Assembly (NCBI GenBank): GCA_963828465.1
Contig: CAWHEU010000022.1
Coordinates: 288,001 to 352,000, forward strand
Length of the DNA stretch: 64,000 nucleotides
Source: an uncultured Acidobacteriota bacterium
Lineage (GTDB): Bacteria; Actinomycetota; Acidimicrobiia; Spongiisociales; ZC4RG35
Reading direction: 5' to 3'
Each line of letters begins with the position of its first letter. The first letter of the stretch is position 1. Below the pieces are notes generated by a model. The model worked only from the letters and a program-made list of their open reading frames with translations. It made no database searches and was not told where the DNA came from. Below are positions 1 through 11,950 of this stretch, in pieces. Made by a program: the position numbers and the translations under genes.

Positions 1-872
1 AGTAGGGCAGGCCACCCGGGACGAGGATCTGGCCGGGAGGCAGGGCGTCCAGGTCGACCCCGGTCGAGGCGTTGCCGGCAGCTGCGACCACCGTCACGTC
101 AAAGGACCGGGCGTAGTGAACCGCCGCCCCTACCGGTCCTTCGTCAGAAAGGATGGCACCGATCGAGAGATTGATGATCTCGGCGTGGTGGTCGACCGCC
201 CACATGATGCCGTTGGCGACGTCGGCACGTGCTGCAGCTTCCGTTGGAGCAGGCTCTCACCGCCATGATCCGGGCGTCGGGTGCGACGCCGGCCGTCCCG
301 ACACCGTTCTCGGGGGCGGCGATCACGCCGGCGACCATGGTGCCGTGTGCGTCATCCGAGCTCGTGCTGCCCGGGCTCGGATCGTCGTCACCGTCGACGA
401 AATCGACGCCCTGGGCAAAGATGCGGCCAACGAGATCGGGATGATTCAGCTCGACCCCGGAGTCGATCACCGCCACCACGATCGGGAAGCCCGTGGAGCG
501 CCCCCAGGCGGTGGGCGTGTCGATGTCTGCGTCGGCACTGCCCCCGCTCTGGCCCACATTGTGATGGTGCCACTGTTCGGGGAACAGCGGCTCGTCGACC
601 GGATCGAACTGCTCGAGTACCGCCTCCTCGAACACCGGCTCGCCTACCTCTTCCGACACCGCATCGAGGGTCTGCTCGACGGTCCCCTCCAGCGGCACCT
701 CGATCGTGACCCAGTGCTCCTCCGGTCCGCCTGCGGCTTGCTCGAGGCCATCCGCCTGGTCCAGAGCTAGAAGGGAGTCAGCCGGTACCACGACCTGGAC
801 TGTGTCGGGGGGCTCGGGTGCAGTGGTAGCTGCGATCGCGAGCATGACGAGGAGGGCTGGCAATGGAGACAT
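1..872 (-). CDS. S8 (subtilase) serine peptidase, secreted; frameshifted near 215-250 and running off the window start
   Basis: Signal-like N-terminus; VAVIDSGV (catalytic Asp), HGTMVAGVIAA (catalytic His), GVAPDA; INLS and VVAAAGN continue in another frame toward position 1. Confidence 0.9.
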
Positions 873-938
873 TTGCCCGGCTCATCTTCACAGACTCGTT
901 GGGGTAGGCAAGGTGATGGGTTACGGTGGTCGGGCTTG

Positions 939-2638
939 ATGACGCATCTGGCTGCCTTCGCCCTGCGCCATGAGCCTGTTCCAGGTGGCGGGTCCGACCC
1001 CTGGTGGCACCTTCATAGACGACGACGGACATGTTCTCGAGGGCGGTATCGAGGCGATTGCCGCTGAGGGCATCACATTCGGCTGCAATCCTCCGTTGAA
1101 CGACCGGTATTGCCCGGAGCGGGTGCTCACGCAGAGCACAGATGGCGGCGATGGTCGTCAGGGCCCAGGATCTCCCCGCCACATCGACGGATGCGTTCGT
1201 CGACGACGATGGTCATGTCCTCGAGGGTGCCATCAATCGTCTCGCTGCGGCCGGGATCACGTTCGGCTGTAACCCACCCGCCAACAACCGCTTCTGTCCG
1301 GACGACACCGTCACCCGGGCTCAGGCAGCAGGTTTCCTGGCACGTGCCCTCTCGATCCCGGCGTCGAGCACGAATCATTTCGTCGACGACAACGGACATG
1401 TGCTCGAGGGGGCCATCAATCGGATCGCCGATCGTGGGATAACTCTGGGCTGCAACCCCCCGACCAACAATCGCTTCTGCCCCAACGACGGAGTCACCCG
1501 GGCCCAGATCGCCGGGATGTTGACCAGGGCGCTCGGCCTGACCCCGATGCCCCCGCCGCCACGGTCCGCCCTTGCCTGGGCCACGGTCGTCGATGGACTG
1601 GAAGCGCCTATCCAGGTCCTGTCCCCGCCGGGAGAGAACCGGCTGCTGATCGCAGAGCAGGGCGGTGTCGTGCGGATCGCCCAGGGAGGCAACCTCACCG
1701 GGATCTTCTTGGACATCTCGGATGACGTCATCTTCAGTGGCGAGCGCGGTCTTCTCTCGATCGAGCTGCATCCGGACTACCCGGCCGATCGGCGTCTGTT
1801 CGCCTGGTACTCGGGCACTCTCCGATCCGGTGGGAGCGGCGACCACACCACCTATCTGGTCGAGTACGACATCGCACCCAATCTCCAGACCGCCTCGTCC
1901 CCACGCACCGTGCTGGCTGTCGATCAGCCGTTCAGCAACCACAACGGAGGATTTCTGTCCTTCGGCCCCGATGGTTATCTGTATCTATCCCTCGGCGACG
2001 GGGGCAGCGGCAACGACCCGGGTGGCCGGGCCCGAAACCTGAACACCCTGCTCGGGAAGATGATCCGGATCGATGTCGACGGTGCCCAGCCTTATGCCAT
2101 CCCTGCCGATAACCCATATGTCGGACGCTCGGGGCGCGACGAGATTTGGGCGTCGGGTCTCGCGCAACCCGTTCCGCTGGTCCTTCGACGGAGACCTGAT
2201 GTTCATCGGGGATGTTGGCCAGGGTGCCCGTGAGGAAATCGATGCCGTGCCGGTCACCCCGACCGGGTACGACTTCGGATGGTCCCGATTCGAAGGCACG
2301 GTGTGCAATCCCAACGACACCGATCCAAGTTGCTCCCGTGCGGGCCTCACCTTCCCCGTGGCCGAGTACGGGCAGGTCGGTGGGGAACACCGTCACCGGG
2401 GGAGTGGTCTATCGGGGCCCGACGGTGCGATCCCTCGATCAGTTCTACGTCTACGCCGACTTCGGAAGTGGCCGGCGTCCTCGCCTTTCGTTATCTCAAT
2501 GGTCGGGCTGTCGATGCCAAAGACCTCACGTCCCGGCTCGGCGATACAGGTTTGGTGTCATTCGAGACCGACAACGGTGGAGAGATGCTTGCCGTCGACT
2601 ACCTCGATGGTGTCGTTTACCGGCTGACCGGGGGTTGA
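939..2638 (+). CDS. Exported protein with 3 SLH-like repeats plus a PQQ-dependent glucose/sorbosone dehydrogenase-type beta-propeller; several frameshifts
   Basis: Joined from ORFs 970-1272, 1142-2233, 2073-2627 and 2279-2638; ERGLLSIELHPDY, NHNGGFLSFGPDGYLYLSLGDGG, LLGKMIRID, RNPFRWSFD, GDVGQ; start inferred (MTHLAAFAL...). Confidence 0.85.
1009..1540 (+). repeat. Three tandem ~183-nt SLH-like repeats
   Basis: F(I/V)DD(D/N)GHVLEG.I...A..GIT(F/L)GCNPP.N.R(F/Y)CP repeated from about 1018, 1202 and 1385. Confidence 0.85.
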
Positions 2639-2682
2639 CCGATTTCCTACAGGGTGGCCGGAAACCGGCCGATTCACGCGGG

Positions 2683-4509
2683 GTGAGACTCAGAAGGACG
2701 ATCTCTGTCTTTGTCGCGTCCCTGACGCTGCTGAGCCTGGCCGCGCCCGTCCTTGCCGCTGACGAGGAGTGGGAATTCGACGGTGGTGGCTGGGGTCATG
2801 GGGTCGGCTTGTCTCAGTTCGGCGCCCTCGGTCAGGCCCAGGACGGGCGTAACGCGACCCAGATCCTCCAGCACTACTACACCGGAACTTCGGTCGCATC
2901 GATGCCGAGCAGCCATTGGACCAGACAGCCCAATGCGCTCTGGGTGGGTCTGATCGAGAACACCACGGCGGTGAATCTCACCGCAGTCGGGGGCGCTCTG
3001 TCGATCTGCCAGCCGGCGGGAACCTGTCCACCGGCCGGTGGGTTCGCCGATGCCACGATCAACCCGGGCGAGACCTGGTTGTTCGAGGTCAACCCCCAGA
3101 ACCCGAACCAATGCCGATTTCGCAAGAAGGACGTGGGCAACACCGGATGGAAGGCATGTAACGGCCGGATCACCGGTCTCAGCCCGTCCAGCCGGGTTTC
3201 GATCAACGGCACCCAGTACGCGCGGGGAGAGATCCGCTTCGTCGACTCGGCGGCCGGATTCCATGTCGTGGCCACGGTCGGACTGGAGGCCTATCTGTTT
3301 GGGCTGGCCGAGGTTCCCTCGTCGTGGCCGGCGGAGGCGCTCAAGGCTCAGGCCATCATCGGTCGCAGCTACGCCGTCGCCACCGCGGTCCTGCGCGGCG
3401 GAGGTGATGGCTCCGGCAAAGACCCGGAGCTGTGGGTGTCATCTGAGGGACACCACCGCCGATCAGGCCTACGTCGGATGGAGTAAGGAGAGCCCGGCCG
3501 CGGGCAACTTCGGCGCCCAGTGGGTGGCTGCCGTCCAGGCCACCGACCGCGAGTGTCCTCATCCACCCCCAGTCCAACTATGCGCTGCGCATCGCCCGTG
3601 CCTTCTACTCCTCTTCGAACGGCGGTGCCAGCGAGGACGTCGAGTTCGTCTGGGGAGGAACAGCCTTCCCTGGCTGCGGTCGGTCGGTGACAAATGGTCG
3701 GCGGATCCCGACATCAACCCGCTGGCGAGGTGGACGGTCGTCGTCCGCGCCCCCAGGATCGCTGCTCACTTCGGATGGAACAGCGTGACAAACGTCAAGT
3801 CAAGTCGCCGGCCCACCCGGCGCCGTGATCGAGTTCACCGGGAAGAAGGGCGGTTCTACGGTCACCGCCAAGATGTGGGGGGAGAAGCTGAGGATCTTCC
3901 TGATCGACAACGCCTTCCGTCGGGACGGCGCCGAGGTGCGGGTCTCGCCCTACATCAGCGGGATCGGTTACCGGGGCCCATTCCTCGACATCGCCGGCAA
4001 CACGTTCGAGCCGGCCATCATCTGGCTCGCCCAGCAGAAGATCACGCTCGGTTGCAACCCACCGTTGAACAGCAACTTCTGCCCGGACAAGGAAGTCACC
4101 AGGGGACAGATGGCGGTGTTCATCTCCAGGGCTTTGAATCTGCCGGCCCCGGACTCGGATCATTTCACGGACGACGACGGGAAGTTCTACGAGGCCGCCG
4201 CCAACCAGCTCTTCGAGTTCGGCATCACGTTCGGCTGTCGGGCCGATCGATTCTGTGGCGACCAGCCGATACCGAGGGGGCAGATGGCCGCATTTCTGGC
4301 GAGGGCATATGGCCTGCCAGCCGGCCCCCGGGGATCGATTCATCGATGACTCACAGTCAGAGTTCCAGGGAGCGATCAACAAGATCGCGTCCGTCGGCAT
4401 CACACTCGGGTGCAACCCACCTACCAACGACAGGTTCTGCCCCGGGGACAGGGTCACGAGGGGACAGATGGCCGCATTCCTCAAGCGTGCCGCGGAGTGG
4501 GATTCCTGA
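2683..4509 (+). CDS. SpoIID/LytB-domain protein with 3 C-terminal SLH-like repeats; several frameshifts
   Basis: Signal peptide; GGGWGHGVGLSQFGA, ILQHYYTGT, LEAYLFGLAEVPSSWPAEALKAQAIIGRSYA, DTTADQAYVG; SLH repeats in ORFs 3825-4349 and 4255-4509. Confidence 0.85.
3979..4500 (+). repeat. Three SLH-like repeats
   Basis: ITLGCNPPLNSNFCP..VTRGQMA, ITFGCRADRFCG..IPRGQMA, ITLGCNPPTNDRFCP..VTRGQMA. Confidence 0.85.
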
Positions 4510-4528
4510 TCCTCCTACCATCTCGGCC

Positions 4529-5826
4529 GTGACAGACAGGGTCGAGAGCTTCTCCACGGATACGTGGACCGCCGGCGTGATCGGGCTCGGTTATGTCGGC
4601 CTGCCCCTTCTCGTCACTGCCGTCAGGTCTGGCCTGCATGCGATCGGATTCGATGTCTCATCGGAGCGGGTCGCCGACCTTTCAGCGGGGCGGTCCCATG
4701 TCGACGACGTGTCCGACGAAGCGCTGGCGGCGGCTATCGAGGCCGGAGCCCGATTCTCCTCCGACCCCGCCATCCTGGCGGAGGCCGACGCCATTTTCAT
4801 CTGTGTCCCGAGCCCGCTGGGACGCAATCGTCAGCCCGACCTCTCCTACATCGAGGCTGCCGCTGACACGGTCGCCCGGTTCGCTCGCCCGGGGCAATTG
4901 ATCAGCCTGGAGTCGACCACGTATCCGGGAACCACCGAGGACTTTCTGGTCCCTGCGGTGGCCGCCGCGGGGCTGACGCTCGATGAGGATGTCTGGGTGG
5001 CCTTCTCGCCGGAGCGGGTGTCTCCCGGCGACGAGATGAAGACAGCCGACATACCGAAAGTGGTGGGAGGAGTGACGACCGGTTCCGGTGACGTGGCCGA
5101 GGCCGCATACCGACGACTCGTGCCGTCCATTCACCGGGTGAGCTCGGCACGAGCTGCCGAGATGAGCAAGCTCCTCGAGAACACGTATCGGGCGGTGAAC
5201 ATCGGGCTGATCAACGAGATCGCGCAGCTCTGTCACGAGCTTGGTATCGACGTGTGGGAGGTGGTCGATGCCGCCGCCACCAAACCATTCGGTTTCCAAG
5301 CCTTCTATCCAGGCCCTGGGGTGGGCGGACACTGCATCCCGCTCGATCCCCAGTATCTCGCCTGGCGAGCCAGGGAGACCAATTTCACGACGCGGTTCAT
5401 CGACATCGCGGAGCAGGTCAACTCGAGGATGCCTGTCTACAGCGCCGATCGCATCGCCGAGATCCTCAACCGGCAAGGCCTCGCCGGTCCGGGGGACACA
5501 GGTGCTCGGGGTCGGTATCGCCTACAAGCCGGACATCGCCGACGACAGGGAGTCCGCCTCACTCCATGTCCTCGATGTCCTCAAGGAGCGAGGCGCTCAT
5601 GTCGCCGTCCTCGATCCGGTGGTCGGGTGCAACACGCATCGAGGCCCTCGGGTACGAGCCGGTCGGTCCCGATGACGACCTCAGTCGTTTCTCGATCGCC
5701 GCCGTGCTCACCGACCACTCGGATCTCGACTACAAGCGTCTCGCCGACCAGGTGCCCGCCGTGTTCGACGCACGGGGTGTCTACCGCCGTCTGGGTATCA
5801 CTGCCGAGAACGTCGAGGCCCTGTGA
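4529..5826 (+). CDS. Nucleotide-sugar dehydrogenase (UDP-N-acetylhexosamine 6-dehydrogenase, WbpA/WecC type); frameshifts near 5480 and 5630
   Basis: GVIGLGYVGLP, ICVPSP, LESTTYPGTT, FSPER, KLLENTYRAVNIGLINE, PGPGVGGHCIPLDP. Confidence 0.9.
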
Positions 5827-6933
5827 AGCCAGTCGTCCTGGTGTTGTCCACCGTGCACCGGCCGGACGACACCCGGATACGAGAGCGCCTGATCAGAACT
5901 CTGGCCCGTGACTTCGAGGTCGAGTACGCGACGAGAGAACCGGGGCCGTCCGAGACGTCGGGGCTGCGATGGGTGTCGCTCCGGGGTGGCCGGGCGGAGC
6001 GTTGGTTTCGTGGCCTCGGGCTGGTGATTCGTCGTGACTGGGACATCCTCGTCCTCCACGACCCCGAGACGATCCCGATCGGTCTCCTGGCGCGGACGCT
6101 GAAGCGGCGTCCGGTGGTTTTCGACGTCCATGAGGACATCCCGGCCACTGCGCTCACCCGTCCGTGGGTCCCCGGCCCTCTTCGCAGGCCGCTGGCCATG
6201 GTCAGCAGGTGGGCGCTTGGGCTGGCGGAGAGGTTCCTGACCATCACACTGGCCGAGGCCGCGTACTCCCATCTCTTCTCCAGGGACCACGTTGTTTTCC
6301 CCAATTACCCGGACACGTCCGCATATCCGGAGCCCGTGCGGGAGCCCCGGCAGGAGGCGATCCATGTCGGCGATGTCACCGTGATTCGCGGACTGGACGT
6401 CGCGATCGCGGGGTGCGCCCTGGCCGGATTGCCCTTGCGTCTGGTCGGGCCGGTGAGCCCGGATACCCGGGCGGAGTTGTCGAATCTGGCTACGAGCAAA
6501 GGGAGGCGAGGTCGTCTTCGATGGTCCTCGCCCCAATCCGGAGGCGATGACTATCGCCGCGGGCGCCGCAGTTGCGATCGTGCCATGGAAGAACCTGCCG
6601 AATTACCGGGACTCGGTGCCAACCAAGCTCTTCGAGTACCTGGCACTGGGGGTCCCCGTCGTTGCCTCCGACCTTCCGGGGATCAGGGGCGCCGGAGTGG
6701 AGGAGCTCGCCGTCGTCCTGGTCGAGCCGCAGAATCCTGAAGCCCTGGCTGCCGGGATCGTCGAGGCCCTCGATGGAGGACTGCGGGGGATGGCCGCCGC
6801 CGACGTCGGGAGGGTGCGAGACGGATATCGGTGGCCCGACCGTGAGGTCAGCGCGTTCTACCTCGGCTTGGCCGGCCAAGGAGGAACCCGAGACCCCAAC
6901 TCCAATGCATCGCTGCCAGGGCCGGAGGTATGA
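5823..6933 (+). CDS. GT4 glycosyltransferase; frameshift near 6500
   Basis: STVHRPDDTRI, HDPE, VFDVHED; second frame PTKLFEYLALGVPVVASDLPG. Confidence 0.85.
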
Positions 6934-7798
6934 GCAAGGCGCCAGGGCCGATGCGTCCCGAGCCGGCTCAGGCCGAACAGCACCAGAACGAGCAGGTAGG
7001 CCCCAACAGCGAGCCAGGCCCACGGCCACCACAGGCCGGCGATGATCGAAACGGCTGAGCCCGGCGACGAGGAGGGGTGGCGCCAGCTGACGTGGCCGCA
7101 GGGACCCGGGATGACGACGTGCGAATTCCCGCTTCCAACGCCCATAGTCGAAGTACTGACGGGCGAGCCCGGCCAACGATCCCCGCGGTCGATAGGCGAC
7201 TTCCAGTCCGGGATCGAACCAGACCGTGCCACCCGAGTCCCTGATCCGCTGGTTCAGCTCGTAGTCCTGATTGCGGTCGAAATGCTCGTCGTAGCCTCCC
7301 GAGGCGCTCCAGGGTCGACTTCAGGAAAACGCCCAGATAGACGGTGTCGGCCCGGCCAGGCTTGCCGCCGATTCGGTACCGGGCGTCGCCGGCTCCGAGC
7401 CGGGAGGACATGGCGGCGGCGATCGCTTTCTCCCATGCCGTCCTACCCACCGGCACTTGCATGCCGCCGACCACATCGGCGCCGGTATCGATCAGGATCT
7501 GCACGGCCCGGGCCAGATAGCCGGGAGGGATCACAGAATGGGCATCCACCCGGGCGATCACCTCAGCCGTGGTGCGGGCCAGGGCGAGATTGAGCCCGGT
7601 CGGTGTTCGGCCGCTCGGGTTGTCCACCACTACCGCGCCACAGTCGCGGGCTGCATCGGCGGTTCCGGAGTCCGAAGCCGCCACCACCACCGATCCGAGG
7701 AGGGGATACGTCTGACCTCTGACCGCTTCCAGTGCGGGCCGGATCGTGTCCCCGACGTCCTTGGCCGGCACGATCACGTCGACCGAGGGCTGAGCCAT
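6858..7798 (-). CDS. GT2 glycosyltransferase (ExoA-like); frameshifts near 7290 and 7050
   Basis: VDVIVPAKD, TPTGLNLAL, ARVDAHS, ADTVYLGVF; then LARQYFDYGRWK; 3' end inferred from ORF 6858-7232. Confidence 0.8.
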
Positions 7799-7811
7799 CA
7801 CGCTTGGATTC

Positions 7812-9258
7812 TCACATGCTTTCCGTTTGGCCACCGGAAGCACTGCCCCTGTTGTGCACCGCGGCCAGGACGAGGAACACGACCGTGACCGCCAGGTAAT
7901 GGGCCAGGATCCGGTTGCCGGAATCACCCGCCCCCACTCGCCATGCTCCTTCTCGGATGTACGGGAGCGCCCAATAGAGCAATGCGAAGCCAATGACCGG
8001 GATGGTCCACAGACGGCCGTCCGGTATGGACTCGACAACCAGGGCGACCAGCAGCAGGGCGATCGCGGCGACCCAGGTCAGCAACCAGAACCCGTCTCTC
8101 ACCAGGTTGCGCACTGTTGACTCGATGGATGTCCCAAAGACAGCCGGGTCGGTGGCTACGTAGAACACGAGCAAGAGGGCGAGGCCGACAACCCCGGCCA
8201 GGTCCAGCCATCGGGCCCAGGGCCGGGCACGATGCGCTCCGCTCACGAGACAAAGAGCGACGGCGAGACCAATGGCGACGAGACTTCCGAAGACCGGTGC
8301 GGTTGGCGAGATCTCGTCGCCACCTGCCGCGTAGCGCCACAGCCCGAGTCCGTACCAAAAGGCGCCGACGGCCAGAGTAGGGAGAGTCATGGCGAGTCTG
8401 ACCGACATGTTCGCCCGGCTGGCCGCAACGGTCACCAGGAGGATGGCGACGACCAGGGGAGCCTCGGGTCGGAAGAGGAGGGTCACTGCCAGGGCAAGAC
8501 CGGACGGTACGGCCCACCAGGACAGCCCTCGAGACACGGCGAGCCAGGTTCCGGCTACGGCGATCAACAGATACGAGGCCGTCTGAATATGCGTGTTGAT
8601 GTAGAACGAGTCGTAGACGAGGCGGTTGGACGACAGCAGAAACAGGGTGGCCGTCGCAACGAGAACCAGGCGGTTCCGCCGAGCCAGGGCCCCACGGGTT
8701 AGGTCGACGGCCAGCCAGACGAACAGTCCCAGCCCGAACGCTCCGAACAAGGGGCCGAGCGACGCCAGATAACGGCGGCCGACGAGATCGGACATGCTGT
8801 GCAGGGCCGGCAGCCCGATCTGGCGTGTCACCAGATCGACGGCGTTCATCTCGCGGAGTCCTTCGGTGAGCACGAGATGGTTGGACGCCAGCAGGTAGCG
8901 CAGCGAGTCCGGTGTCAACCTGGTGAGGTGCAACTGCCTCGCGGCGACGGCGGTCAACGCTGCAACTCCGACGCCGATCAGCATCCACAGCAGATCCTCC
9001 CGTCGAAGGCCATCCCCCTTGATCAGAGTGATCGCGGCCACCACCAAGCCGAGCCCCAAGGCGATCAAGGAGGGCGATCGCCGGGTCCAGGGTCCCGACG
9101 ATGACGAGGGAAACGAGGGCCACGATCGAATACAGGGCCGCTCCGATCGGTACCGACAGCCAGCACCTCGCCGCCGCGGTCACGTCTCTCCGGACGACGG
9201 TGAGCAAGGCGCTCCCGGAGATCGTCAACGCAACAGCGATGCCGACTTCGGTGATCAC
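7812..9258 (-). CDS. Polytopic membrane protein, possibly a GT-C-type glycosyltransferase or polymerase; frameshift near 9075
   Basis: More than 10 hydrophobic segments; LTPDSLRY in an early loop, FRPEA, GDSGNRILAH; lies in the glycan locus. Confidence 0.6.
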
Positions 9259-9773
9259 GAAGACACCGGCGCGGGTGCGACGGAGTTCGGGACTACCACG
9301 AACTCACCGCCGGGACGCTCGGCGAGCCACCAGAGGTCGTCGTCTCCAGCGACGATCGAGATGGTGACATCGCCCGATTCAGTCTCGAGCAACCAGCTCT
9401 CGGGGCTCTCGGGGATATTGGTTCCGCCGGCCCTCGGGTCGTAGTCGACCTCGACCACCTCAAAGCCGGCGAAGCCTTCCGCGAGCTCCGCATTGACGAA
9501 GGAGCCCTTCGGGACGACGAGGACCCCACCATCGGCGGCGTCGTCCAGCTCGAGGTAGAACCCGAATCGACGATCGACCGTCCGTTGCTCGGTGTGCACC
9601 AGCTCTGTCAGCGATCCGTCTCGATGCGTCCGAATCGGGGCGGCCGACCCGGGAAGGAACGGGGTCAGCGCAAGATTGACGACTGCGGTGGCGGCCAACG
9701 CTGCCGGAAGGAACCGGGTGTATATCCGCCCCAGACGCACACGCAACCTCTGAGGTGGATCCGGCTGCGGCAC
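9255..9773 (-). CDS. Hypothetical membrane-anchored protein
   Basis: One N-terminal hydrophobic segment and an acidic soluble domain; 4-nt overlap with the downstream gene; GTG start 6 nt after TATCGT. Confidence 0.6.
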   Translation of the reverse strand: MPQPDPPQRLRVRLGRIYTRFLPAALAATAVVNLALTPFLPGSAAPIRTHRDGSLTELVHTEQRTVDRRFGFYLELDDAADGGVLVVPKGSFVNAELAEGFAGFEVVEVDYDPRAGGTNIPESPESWLLETESGDVTISIVAGDDDLWWLAERPGGEFVVVPNSVAPAPVSS

Positions 9774-9865
9774 GCGGGGACGATACCGCTCCTTCGAACT
9801 TTGGCAGGTGCCCATCGTTGGTCGACATCCGCCTTGCTCCCGATTCGGCCTCTTATCGTGGGCCG

Positions 9866-10879
9866 GTGACAGTCACGCCGGAGGAAGAGCCGACACAGCG
9901 GCGAAGCCGATCGAGGCTCTACACGGTGGGCCGCTGGCTGATTGTGCTGACCTTCTTCGTTTTCATCGGTCGCAGTCTCGTGGTCAATTGGGACGAAGTC
10001 TCCAGGGCAGACCTCCACTTCGACCTTTGGTTGCTGCTCGCATCATTCGCCTTGCTCGGGCTCTGGATGGTCGGCCAGGCCCTCATCTGGCATCTGCTGA
10101 CGGTGAGCAGCGGAGCCCATATCCCGCTGCCCCGCGCCATGGCCGCCTGGTTCTACTCCCAGTTGGGCAAATACGTGCCCGGCAAGGTCTTCCTATATCT
10201 GGGGAGGGTCCACCTCTACACCAGGGAAGGCAAGGGCGCCGGCCCGATCACAGTGGCGTTTGGAGTGGAATTCGTGGGGAATCTCGCCGCCGCGGTGCTG
10301 ATGGTCCTCCTCGCCGCGCTCACCGCCGATGTGCCCGGCCTCGACGACTACCGGTGGCTGCTGGTGATTGCCCTGGTCGTGTTTCTGGTGGCCCTGCATC
10401 CCCGTTTCATCGGATGGGCGATCAAGCTCGCCGCTCGCGCCACGCGGCGGCGTCCGTTCGAGGTCAGCCTGACCTATCTCCAACTCCTCCGCTACGTCGG
10501 TCTCTACTTCGTGAACTGGATTCTCTTTGGCATCGCCCTCTACGTGCTCATCAGATCGTTCTACGCGCTCGACGCCGGCTCGATCCTCTACCTGGCGGGC
10601 GCATTCTCCTTCTCGAGCATCGTCGGAATCCTCGCCCTGTTCGCCCCATCCGGGCTCGGCGTCCGCGAGGGAATTCTTGCGGTGTTCCTCAACCGGATCA
10701 TGCCCACCTCGATCGCGCTGGTTGTGTCGGTCGTTTCCCGGCTCTGGCTGACCGTGGCCGAACTGGCCGCAGTCGGCGTGGTGTTTCTCCTGATGAAATG
10801 GGGGCGTCTCGACGTGACGCCCGGATCAGAGGCGGGGCACGTCCCTGCTGCCGAGGGCGGTCTCGAAGACCTCGAGTAA
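9866..10879 (+). CDS. Lysylphosphatidylglycerol synthase TM-domain (UPF0104, flippase-like) protein
   Basis: SQLGKYVPGKV, APSGLGVREG, SRLWLTVAEL; about 8 TM segments. Confidence 0.85.
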   Translation: MTVTPEEEPTQRRSRSRLYTVGRWLIVLTFFVFIGRSLVVNWDEVSRADLHFDLWLLLASFALLGLWMVGQALIWHLLTVSSGAHIPLPRAMAAWFYSQLGKYVPGKVFLYLGRVHLYTREGKGAGPITVAFGVEFVGNLAAAVLMVLLAALTADVPGLDDYRWLLVIALVVFLVALHPRFIGWAIKLAARATRRRPFEVSLTYLQLLRYVGLYFVNWILFGIALYVLIRSFYALDAGSILYLAGAFSFSSIVGILALFAPSGLGVREGILAVFLNRIMPTSIALVVSVVSRLWLTVAELAAVGVVFLLMKWGRLDVTPGSEAGHVPAAEGGLEDLE

Positions 10880-11950
10880 CCCGGCAGCAAGGGGGATCTC
10901 GTGGAAGCGGCTCCGGTAGGCCTCATACCCGGCGTCCGCAATCCGCCGTCTTCGATCGGCGTCCATGGCCAAGGATCGAATGGCGTCGGCCAGCGCCTCC
11001 GGGTCGCCGGGCGGCACGGTGACCACCTCGTCTTCCGAGAACATCGAACTGACCGCCGGTCCTTCTCTGGTGATCACCGGACGGCGCGTCGCCATGGCCT
11101 CGTAGGCCTTGTGGGGAATGACGCGGCCCGCCTTCTCCGATTCGCCGAACACCCCGAGGCAGATCCCGGCTCGGGCCAGGTGCTCAGGCAGCTCCTCGAT
11201 TGGGATCATGCCGTGCCGTTCCACCCCGACACCGGTTCGACCGATGGCTTCCTCGACGACATGCCGGTCGGGGCCGTCACCGATCATCACCGTCAGTATC
11301 CCCTCCTTCTCGACCATCGCGGCGGCCTCCACGATCGTCCCCACGCCGTGAAGGGGGATGAGCTTGCCGTAGTACAACACGAGATCAGCCTCCGACGTCT
11401 GGTCGGAGCGAGGGGTGAACAACTCATCGTCCGCCCCGACAGCGATCACCGCACCATCACTCCGCAGCGCGCCGGCGATCTGCCGATAGAACGCGAGTTG
11501 AGGCTCGGTGTCGGCGATCACGAAATCGGAGAGGCGAAGCGACCATCGATCGGCGGCAGCGGCAAGCCGAGCCACGATCGATGTGTCGCCGTGGAGCCCG
11601 CGATCCGAGATCATGGTGTCGAAGAGCGATAGGAAGGGGTCGAAGACCAGCGGCTTGCGCTTCAGCGACGCCACGAGGCGAACAATCGGCACATCGAGCC
11701 ATCCCGGGTAGGAGACGAGGTACAGGTCGGGCGCCGGTGCCATGAGCAGCCGAATCAGCAGTTTGGGGTAACCGATGAGGGCCCTCAATGCCACCAGGAT
11801 GCTCGGCCGCGAGGCCAGAGCGATCCTGTCGGACGCCCACACGTTCTCCCGGATGACACGCCATCGGATCCCCGAGAGATCCATCAGACGTGCCAGTTTT
11901 CGATTGCGGGAGAAGTCAGGGTCGAAGGTGCCGGTCCAGAGGACTCTCAT
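10826..11950 (-). CDS. GT4 glycosyltransferase
   Basis: YYGKLIPLHGV, ICLGVFG..EKAGRVIPHKAYEAMA. Confidence 0.88.
   Translation of the reverse strand: MRVLWTGTFDPDFSRNRKLARLMDLSGIRWRVIRENVWASDRIALASRPSILVALRALIGYPKLLIRLLMAPAPDLYLVSYPGWLDVPIVRLVASLKRKPLVFDPFLSLFDTMISDRGLHGDTSIVARLAAAADRWSLRLSDFVIADTEPQLAFYRQIAGALRSDGAVIAVGADDELFTPRSDQTSEADLVLYYGKLIPLHGVGTIVEAAAMVEKEGILTVMIGDGPDRHVVEEAIGRTGVGVERHGMIPIEELPEHLARAGICLGVFGESEKAGRVIPHKAYEAMATRRPVITREGPAVSSMFSEDEVVTVPPGDPEALADAIRSLAMDADRRRRIADAGYEAYRSRFHEIPLAAGLLEVFETALGSRDVPRL

Noticed and set aside
1009-1540. CRISPR-like or non-coding repeat array
   Set aside because: The repeats are degenerate at third codon positions and encode SLH-like protein repeats; there are no spacers or cas genes.
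3038-5911. 957-aa ORF as one protein
   Set aside because: Chimeric reading: only 4529 to about 5480 is real dehydrogenase sequence; the rest is off-frame SpoIID/SLH sequence joined by frameshifts.
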